64,000 bases of DNA, taken from assembly GCA_016214605.1 (NCBI GenBank), contig JACROD010000012.1, positions 57 through 64,056 of the forward strand, written 5' to 3'. The notes beneath the pieces are model-generated. The model was not told the origin of the DNA, did not search any database, and saw nothing but the letters and a program-made list of their open reading frames with translations. Position 1 is the stretch's first letter, and each line of letters starts with the position of its first letter. The DNA comes from Candidatus Kaiserbacteria bacterium. GTDB lineage: Bacteria; Patescibacteriota; Minisyncoccia; Phycocordibacterales; UBA2100. Positions 57,493 through 64,000 of this stretch are shown here, piece after piece. A program made the position numbers and the translations under genes.

Positions 57493-58158
57493 TTATTGCC
57501 GCCCGACAAAATCAGCCTCTAGGATGAATCGCGCGCTTTTGCTAGTGAGGGTGTCGCAGGTGACGAGTGTGAGCTTGGTGCCGATTGATGGTGAGAGGTC
57601 GATGATCGCGTCGTCGGCATTGGCCTTGCGGACCGATGTCACACGGTAGAGATACGATGAGCCGTCATCGCCGGTGAGTGTGATCGAATCCCCCGCCTTG
57701 AGGTCGGGAATGTTGTTGAATGCGCGGAACATCTGGTTGTGCACGATCGGCAGATGCGAGCTATGCGCGAAAATGAGCACGTTGCCGGCTTGCCCGAGTG
57801 TGGCAGAGTCGACGTATCGCGCCGGGCCGGATTGAAGAAGTGCATCCAATGTATCGATGTTGCGCGTGCTCGGATTTTGGACCGGTAGATCAATGCCGGC
57901 CGCAGGGATACTGATGTGCGTCGGGACGATAATACTGGTCACGGCGGTGTCGTTCTGCGCGGGTGCGGCGGAAGGCGTCGTCACGAGATCGTTTTGGCTT
58001 GGAGCGGATACAGACGGAGCAGTGCCGTCGATGTAGTACGGAACGAAGCCAATCGAATCCGCCGCGGAGAGCGCGCAGAAGAAGAGGAAAACGGTGAGTG
58101 CCACGAAGACTGAGAATGGTGGTTTTTGCCCCATTTTTGCAAGATTAAAAGATGTCAT
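57493..58158 (-). CDS. Sortase
   Basis: N-terminal TM helix; PTHISIP; GNVLIFAHSS (His); LTLVTC (Cys); downstream Arg. Confidence 0.9.
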   Translation of the reverse strand: MTSFNLAKMGQKPPFSVFVALTVFLFFCALSAADSIGFVPYYIDGTAPSVSAPSQNDLVTTPSAAPAQNDTAVTSIIVPTHISIPAAGIDLPVQNPSTRNIDTLDALLQSGPARYVDSATLGQAGNVLIFAHSSHLPIVHNQMFRAFNNIPDLKAGDSITLTGDDGSSYLYRVTSVRKANADDAIIDLSPSIGTKLTLVTCDTLTSKSARFILEADFVGRQ

Positions 58159-58235
58159 AAATGGTATTATGGTAAATCATTTTACGACTATTGTCAATGA
58201 TTGCGATAAGGGCGAAATTGTGCAACGATTGAGCC

Positions 58236-58922
58236 ATGGTAGACCTCAAATTGCCTTATGCCGGTGACGAGGAGGAAGTGATACATACTCACACCTCGCA
58301 TCCCGCGCACGACAAACGCTCGGCCAATGTCCCTGCAATCATCGGATTCATTATACTCGTGATCGTGGTCATGTGGGGCATTGTGCATTTGATAGTGCTT
58401 GCGCAGCCGTGGTTCTCTTCTTTGATCCCCAAGCCCACCGTCTCGAATCCTATATCCTCAGCCCCGACCCTATCCAAGCCGGTATTCGATAAGCCGGTGA
58501 CGACAGCACAGTCTCAGGTGCCCGCCACTCGTCCGTCCGCCTCCCCCGCGGATCTCTCGGTACGCATCATCGCTGTCGGGATCATTGATCCGGTGACGGG
58601 TATATTCGTAAATCGTCCACCGGCCTCCCCTTCCGATGTGGCTGCGGTACAATTTGACATATCCAATGACGGCGGCAGCACGACGGGCCTGTGGTATTTC
58701 CATGCTTTTTTGCCGTCGACCCCTTCGGGATACTCGTATGATTCCCCAGTGCAGGAGTCGCTCGGTCCCGGCGACCGTGTCATCAATACGCTGCGCTTTT
58801 CTCCGGTCGTATCCAACGGAGGTCTCTTCAATGTGATCGTTGATTCGCAAGGTACGGTGGATGAATCCGATGAAACCAACAACACGGCTACTGTTGTGAT
58901 CCCAATGCCAGCTTACTACTAA
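58236..58922 (+). CDS. Membrane-anchored CARDB-domain protein
   Basis: TM helix, Pro/Ser linker, ADLSV, FDISNDG, VDSQGTVDESDETNN. Confidence 0.8.
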   Translation: MVDLKLPYAGDEEEVIHTHTSHPAHDKRSANVPAIIGFIILVIVVMWGIVHLIVLAQPWFSSLIPKPTVSNPISSAPTLSKPVFDKPVTTAQSQVPATRPSASPADLSVRIIAVGIIDPVTGIFVNRPPASPSDVAAVQFDISNDGGSTTGLWYFHAFLPSTPSGYSYDSPVQESLGPGDRVINTLRFSPVVSNGGLFNVIVDSQGTVDESDETNNTATVVIPMPAYY

Positions 58923-58937
58923 GGTGTCATGTCATAC

Positions 58938-58977
58938 AAAAAGCGGGCGAAAGGCCTCGGCCTTTCGCCCGCTTTTT
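58938..58977. terminator. Bidirectional terminator
   Basis: AAAAAGCGGGCGAAAGGCC-TC-GGCCTTTCGCCCGCTTTTT. Confidence 0.85.
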
Positions 58978-58985
58978 CGGCTACT

Positions 58986-61073
58986 TTAAATATCAAGTGT
59001 CGCCTCTTTTGCGTGCGATTGGATGAAAGATTTGCGGGCCGGGACGTCGGTGCCCATGAGCATGTCGAAGACCATGTCGGCGTCTTGGGCGTCTTCGACG
59101 GTGACTTGCTTGAGTACGCGATTGGCAGGGTTCATGGTGGTCTCGGAGAGTTCCTCGGGATTCATTTCTCCCAAACCCTTGTAGCGCTGGACGGTGATTC
59201 TTGCTGTGCCCGCCTTAGCTTTAGCGGCGGCGGGGCTGGTGGCGTCATCGTCATCTCCTTCTAGCTCATCCGACTCCGCCAAGGCTACATCGGACACAGT
59301 GGGAGCATCCTTACCTATGTATGCGATGCGCTGCTCATCGGTGTATGCATAGAAGACTTCTTTGCCTTTTTTGATCTTGAAGAGCGGCGGCTGGGCGATA
59401 TAGATGTAGCCGCCGTCGATGACCGGACGAAAATGGCGATAAAACAGTGTGAGCAAAAGTGTGCGGATGTGTGCACCGTCGACGTCGGCATCGGTCGCGA
59501 TGATGATCTTGTGATAGCGGAGCTTCTTGAGGTCAAAGATGTCGCCGATCGCGGTGCCCATGGCGACGACGAGATTTTTGATCTGCTCGGAGGCGAGCAT
59601 TTTGTCGAGACGTGCGCGTTCGATATTGAGGATCTTGCCGCGCAACGGGAGGATTGCCTGTGTGCGGCGATCGCGGCCCATCTTGGCCGAGCCGCCGGCC
59701 GAATCTCCCTCTACGATGAAGAGCTCGGATTCTTCCGCCGACTTTGTCTGACAGTCGGCGAGCTTGCCAGGGAGCGTCATGCCGTCGAGCGCGCCCTTGC
59801 GGAGGATCGAGTCTTTGGCGGCTTTGGCGGCTTTGCGGGCCTTCATGGCGAGCGCAGCTTTGCCGATGATGGCGCGCGCTTCTTCAGGGTGTTCTTCGAG
59901 GAATTGGGCGAATGCTTCGGAGAATACCGATTGTGTGGCGCCGAGCGCTTCTACCGAACCCAACTTCCCTTTCGTTTGCCCCTCAAACTGAATCTCGCGC
60001 ATCTTGACCGAGACGACCGCCGTGAGGCCTTCGAGGACGTCGTCGCCGGTAAAATTGTCACCCTCTTTGCCGCCGCCGTTCTTGGCGACGTTGTTGAGTG
60101 AGCGTGTGAGTGCGGTCTTGAAGCCGGTGATGTGCGTGCCGCCTTCGGGATTGTAAATATTGTTTGCAAAAGCGCTGATGCGCGCGGTGATGTCGTCTAC
60201 ATACTGCAAAGCGATCTCTACCTGGACGCCGTCTTGTTCTTTCTCGACGAAGAAGATCGTCTTGTGGACGGGCTCTTGGTGGCGATTTTGGAAGCCGACG
60301 AGACTGCGGAGACCGCCCTCGAAGTAGAAACTCATCGACGGTGCGTCGATCCCGAGGTCGCGCATCCAGAAGGTGCCCTTGTCGTCGAGCTTGTCGATGT
60401 CGCGGCCCGACATGTCGCGCATGTCGATGATGGCGATGCGCAGGGCGCGCACGAGGTATGCCTGCTGGCGGAGATGCGAGACGATGGTTTGGAAGTTGTA
60501 TTCGATGGTCTGGAAGATCGTGGGGTCGGCCTCAAAGGTGATGATCGTGCCGTGCAGGTCGGATGAGCCGACTTTCTTGACCTGAGCTACCGGCTTGCCG
60601 CCGTTTTTATATTCTTGGACGTACTTGCCGCCGTCGCGATGGACCTCGGCGCGCATGTAATTGGAAAGTGCGTTGACCACCGATGCGCCGACGCCGTGCA
60701 GACCTCCGGAGACTTTGTAGCCTTCGCCGCCGAATTTGCCGCCCGCATGGAGCACGGTGAGGATGGTCTCGAGCGCGCTCACCTTCGTCTTGGAGTGGAT
60801 GTCTACCGGGATGCCGCGACCGTTGTCGGCGACGCGGATGCGATTGCCCGGTAAGAGTACGACTTCGATATCATCGCAAAAGCCGCCCATCGCTTCGTCG
60901 CGTGAGTTGTCGAAGATCTCCCAGACGAGGTGGTGCAAGCCGTCGACACCGGTGGTGCCGATATACATGCCCGGGCGGCGGCGTACGGCCTCCAGACCCT
61001 CCAATACGGTGATGTCTGAAGCGTCGTAATGACCTTCTTTTTTCTTGGGGTCTTTTGCCGGTGTCTTGGCCAT
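58986..61073 (-). CDS. gyrB: DNA gyrase subunit B
   Basis: [53 protein letters not shown]. Confidence 0.95.
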   Translation of the reverse strand: MAKTPAKDPKKKEGHYDASDITVLEGLEAVRRRPGMYIGTTGVDGLHHLVWEIFDNSRDEAMGGFCDDIEVVLLPGNRIRVADNGRGIPVDIHSKTKVSALETILTVLHAGGKFGGEGYKVSGGLHGVGASVVNALSNYMRAEVHRDGGKYVQEYKNGGKPVAQVKKVGSSDLHGTIITFEADPTIFQTIEYNFQTIVSHLRQQAYLVRALRIAIIDMRDMSGRDIDKLDDKGTFWMRDLGIDAPSMSFYFEGGLRSLVGFQNRHQEPVHKTIFFVEKEQDGVQVEIALQYVDDITARISAFANNIYNPEGGTHITGFKTALTRSLNNVAKNGGGKEGDNFTGDDVLEGLTAVVSVKMREIQFEGQTKGKLGSVEALGATQSVFSEAFAQFLEEHPEEARAIIGKAALAMKARKAAKAAKDSILRKGALDGMTLPGKLADCQTKSAEESELFIVEGDSAGGSAKMGRDRRTQAILPLRGKILNIERARLDKMLASEQIKNLVVAMGTAIGDIFDLKKLRYHKIIIATDADVDGAHIRTLLLTLFYRHFRPVIDGGYIYIAQPPLFKIKKGKEVFYAYTDEQRIAYIGKDAPTVSDVALAESDELEGDDDDATSPAAAKAKAGTARITVQRYKGLGEMNPEELSETTMNPANRVLKQVTVEDAQDADMVFDMLMGTDVPARKSFIQSHAKEATLDI
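59209..59296. repeat. Two palindromic elements in frame inside gyrB
   Basis: CCCGCCTTAGCTTTAGCGGCGGCGGG at 59209-59234 and TCCGACTCCGCCAAGGCTACATCGGA at 59269-59294. Confidence 0.75.
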
Positions 61074-61176
61074 AGTGCTGGGTATTATAGCAGAAAATCA
61101 TCCTAGAAAGGACTTGACAGAAAATATATAAAGTACATAATGATGCACAGTAAATCAATCTATGATGAGGTGATAC

Positions 61177-61572
61177 ATGTACCGTACATCCTTATACACC
61201 CTAATGAGCTTTGCGTTGGGGGCTTTCGGACTCGGGCTCGTCACTTTGGTGGAGTCAGGGACTACAATCGACGTTCACACCGAAACATGCCGAATAACTT
61301 CGATTACAAAGTCGTTCGACAATGAGGAAAGGGCCCAGATTGACGCGGTTAAATTTCGCTGCCCTTCTTCCGAGGTCGACCAGTGGCTCTTTTGGAAGGG
61401 TAAAACGATTCAGAAGCTGGAGAGACTCGAACAAATCGTCCCGTTTATGGACGTTGACGAAAAGTTTGAGTGCACGGTGTTGCGTCTGCAGGGAGATTTG
61501 ACGGGTCGGACTTCCCGCTGGCGTGTGCAAACCTGTTGGCCAATCCTTCCTCGCCTGAACGGTTTGCCGTAA
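61177..61572 (+). CDS. Hypothetical membrane-anchored protein
   Basis: TTGACA promoter, GAGGTG SD, N-terminal TM helix, four Cys; hairpin at about 61600-61623. Confidence 0.6.
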   Translation: MYRTSLYTLMSFALGAFGLGLVTLVESGTTIDVHTETCRITSITKSFDNEERAQIDAVKFRCPSSEVDQWLFWKGKTIQKLERLEQIVPFMDVDEKFECTVLRLQGDLTGRTSRWRVQTCWPILPRLNGLP

Positions 61573-61655
61573 CACATTTCTGCAAGCCGGTTAAACCAAG
61601 CCGCCGGAAGCAATTCCGGCGGCAACTTTTTATATTTTGATATCAACACCCTGAA

Positions 61656-61898
61656 TCAGTCAGTGAAGAAGTGTTTGCGCAACTCATGTTCGGGAACAAA
61701 GCGGGATACCTGCGCGATGATGGCATGCAGGGTACCGCGATCAATCTCTTTGTGATTCGGGATGGTGATGTTTTGTATCCCATTCCCGATATCTCGGCGC
61801 AATTTGATATGGCTGCCGCGTTGTGCGTGCGCGCGAAATCCGAATTGCTCGAAGATTTTTACGATCTCCTTACCCCTCATTACACGCGGCTTAGGCAT
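61656..61898 (-). CDS. hicA: HicA-family toxin
   Basis: GKEIVKIFEQFGF..QRGSHIKL..ITIPNH.EI.RGTL.AI. Confidence 0.9.
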   Translation of the reverse strand: MPKPRVMRGKEIVKIFEQFGFRAHAQRGSHIKLRRDIGNGIQNITIPNHKEIDRGTLHAIIAQVSRFVPEHELRKHFFTD

Positions 61899-62118
61899 GC
61901 ATCGGCGTATCGAGTTCGAAGTTGACCAAAACAGTCGGCGAAGGAGCTAGGCCGAGCGATGAAAAATCCTCCCCCTCAAGGTGCAAGGCGGTCGCTTCTT
62001 TGATATTTTCGGCAAGCTCATCGAGTGTGTCGGCCTGCGTCACAATCGGCAATTCGACGCCCTGCGCCACATACTTGGTATCACCACGCGAGATATGGAA
62101 TTGGATGATGTGCTTCAT
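61891..62118 (-). CDS. hicB: Short HicB-like antitoxin
   Basis: YVA..LPIVTQADTLDELAENIKEATALHLE; overlaps the hicA start by 8 nt. Confidence 0.85.
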   Translation of the reverse strand: MKHIIQFHISRGDTKYVAQGVELPIVTQADTLDELAENIKEATALHLEGEDFSSLGLAPSPTVLVNFELDTPMHA

Positions 62119-62229
62119 GCGGAAGATTATACCAGAAAACCAGGGCGAAAACGAGCTTGACATAGGATATTATATCATGTATAGTTTATTTAGGTAAACC
62201 TGATGCAACTCTGAAAAAAGGAAACCAAG

Positions 62230-62472
62230 ATGATTAGGCAGGCACTGTTGATCGTCGTTTACCTACCGATCTTTGCGGGAATGGATTTGATGCTCGGAAG
62301 ACTGACGGGGAGCGACTGGGGCCTCGTGGGGTTCGCCGATACGTTTTTCGGAGCGATGTTTGGACTTGCGGTGGCTACTCACCCGCTCTTTATATTTGGA
62401 CTCGTAGGAGTCTGGTCGGTAGCGGCACTCCTCATATGCCTCTGGAATCTGTATCGGGGGTATGTGCACTAG
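62230..62472 (+). CDS. Small membrane protein
   Basis: TTGACA-17-TATAGT promoter, AAAGGA SD, hydrophobic sequence. Confidence 0.6.
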   Translation: MIRQALLIVVYLPIFAGMDLMLGRLTGSDWGLVGFADTFFGAMFGLAVATHPLFIFGLVGVWSVAALLICLWNLYRGYVH

Positions 62473-62645
62473 GACACACACAGGTTCAACCTATGTAAAA
62501 CCGCCGACGCACACACGCGTCGGCGGCAAATTTTTTATACTTTTTACTACCCACACGAGGTCATTGCGGCCACCGGGCCGCGTGGTAGATTTTTCTATAG
62601 AAGACCGAAGCTGTTTTCGGTTATCTCAAAAATGGAGGAAGGGTC

Positions 62646-63263
62646 ATGAGTAATCGCAAAAAGACCGACTTCAAAAAGGGAGAGGTTGCTACTACGAGGC
62701 AAGTCATCACGAGGATCACGGAGCCGTGCATGTCCAAGGCAGAAGTCGAATCGCTGATGCGGAGCGCCGGGATTCCCTTGTGGTCATCGCAGACGCAGAT
62801 CGACAAGCATGAGCAGATCGAGCTCCGGCGTGAACGATGGCGCTTTGGTCTGCAATGGGCGTTGTATGCCCTCGCGCTCGGTGTGTTTTTTGGTACGTGG
62901 GCGTGGCTGGTCCCCGACCCGTCGCTCATCGGCGCTGGCTTGTCATGCGGCGTGATGTATGCTTTTGCGGCATGGCTCTGCTACACCGAGCAGGTCGTGT
63001 GGCGTACGAGCGAAGATGTGCGGCTTTATGCGGGTATGTATTATCGTGATGGCTGCCATGTCGCATTGCCTGATAAGATCGTGGATATTGCACGACGTAT
63101 CGTCGATCTACTGCCTGCATCTGTCGATCCTCACTACAAAGTGGGGTCTGTGGGCTCGGATCCGGAGCTCAGGTGCTATGTGTTTGGGCACTGCATCGTG
63201 GCCGCGGTCTGGTACGAATTGTCGGATGGCGCGATCAAGATCCTCAAAGAGCCGACCTATTGA
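62646..63263 (+). CDS. Hypothetical membrane protein
   Basis: GGAGG SD, two TM helices, terminator at about 63283-63312. Confidence 0.7.
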   Translation: MSNRKKTDFKKGEVATTRQVITRITEPCMSKAEVESLMRSAGIPLWSSQTQIDKHEQIELRRERWRFGLQWALYALALGVFFGTWAWLVPDPSLIGAGLSCGVMYAFAAWLCYTEQVVWRTSEDVRLYAGMYYRDGCHVALPDKIVDIARRIVDLLPASVDPHYKVGSVGSDPELRCYVFGHCIVAAVWYELSDGAIKILKEPTY

Positions 63264-63402
63264 AAGGTCTGTATAGAAAAATAAACCGTCGAGAGCAATC
63301 TCGGCGGTTTTTTGCTTGTAACACAAGGAAAGGCGTATTAAAGTATAAGGCAGGAAAGACCGATCTGTTTTCGGTCTCTATAATGAAAAAGGGAGAAGTA
63401 CG

Positions 63403-63794
63403 ATGAGTAAACATGAGACCTTCGCTACACTCAACGCCCGGCGCTTTCGCCGACCGCTTTCCTCAAGGCGAATGGGATGCATTGGCCGCGATGGCGTGCG
63501 ATGGCGCATAAAATATCTGTGACATTGCGTTATGCGTGGCCGGAAACCGATGTCGTGGTGCTAGCGTTTGTCGCAGGTATCGCCATGTTGGCTGCCGGAG
63601 CCGCTGCGACCTTGGCGACGAGTGTATTCTCGGTGTTATCGGACTCCGCTAGTCTGGGCATGTGGTGCGGGATCTTTGCAACTTTGGCGGCAACTCAAGT
63701 TGCCGTTGGTGCGTGGTTTATCCCCATCTTTCCGCGCTGGTATGTGACCGACGTCACATCAGAAAACAGGTTCAAGATGGGTCATGTTTTGCGG
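63403..63794 (+). pseudogene. Membrane protein gene, apparently frameshifted near its start and cut by an IS
   Basis: SD and ATG at 63403 are out of frame with the two-TM ORF, which is open from 63417; the sequence changes character at 63795. Confidence 0.5.
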
Positions 63795-64000
63795 CACTCG
63801 TGTCCCGTTAAAATCAACATGACACAAAAAATATCCAGCAAACGCGGGATATTTTCATCATTTACGCCGTTCACGATTTGAATTCGCCGTCGACCGGCTC
63901 GGGCGATACTGGAGGCATACCAGCCTCCTAACCAATATCGCCATATGCACATCGGCACCTACGTATTCAGCGAGATCATGGAATGTATTCCGCGCCGCGC
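63795..64000 (+). mobile_element. Left end of an IS4-family (DUF4372-type) insertion sequence
   Basis: Terminal-repeat-like CACTCGTGTCCCGTTAAA followed by a transposase-like start. Confidence 0.65.
63945..64000 (+). CDS. IS4-family transposase N terminus (partial)
   Basis: MHIGTYVFSEIMECIPRR resembles the DUF4372 start M..G..VF.Q.M..LP; only 18 codons visible. Confidence 0.65.
   Translation, partial: MHIGTYVFSEIMECIPRR

Noticed and set aside
1-64000. tRNA/rRNA genes, UGA recoding, prophage, integron
   Set aside because: No cloverleaf or rRNA motifs noticed by eye; TGA acts as a stop and core genes are intact in code 11; no phage structural genes, integrase or attC pattern seen.

Overview
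Chromosomal segment of a small-genome bacterium using genetic code 11. Gene content points to CPR/Patescibacteria, most likely Parcubacteria (inference): DUF5671, a PaaX/Cas2-like regulator, a sortase, giant Ig-domain surface proteins and compact, apparently leaderless housekeeping genes. Core genes are fba, rplY, ychF, leuS, cysS, corA, ctpA, rplI, rpmA, gltX, murG, ftsW, mraY, dnaB, recR, dnaE, thrS and gyrB. Accessory content includes large secreted glycan-binding or glycanase-like proteins, a putative protein O-glycosylation operon (Ig-repeat protein, DUF2723/GT117, GT2, methyltransferase), a lipase-like protein with a small membrane partner, hicBA, many stand-alone small genes, a deletion pseudogene and the left end of an IS4-family element. 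Structure the ORF track does not explain: (1) short palindromic or heptamer DNA elements inserted in frame into gltX, mraY, gyrB, dnaE and leuS, with intergenic relatives and one nested copy; (2) a Nudix domain inside LeuRS; (3) twin 36-bp palindromes bracketing the PaaX/Cas2-like gene; (4) a highly structured non-coding region at 37.7-38.3 kb; (5) an IPYTG-bearing Tyr-repeat protein near a sortase. No rRNA, tRNA or CRISPR array was seen. All calls are by eye; no searches were run.
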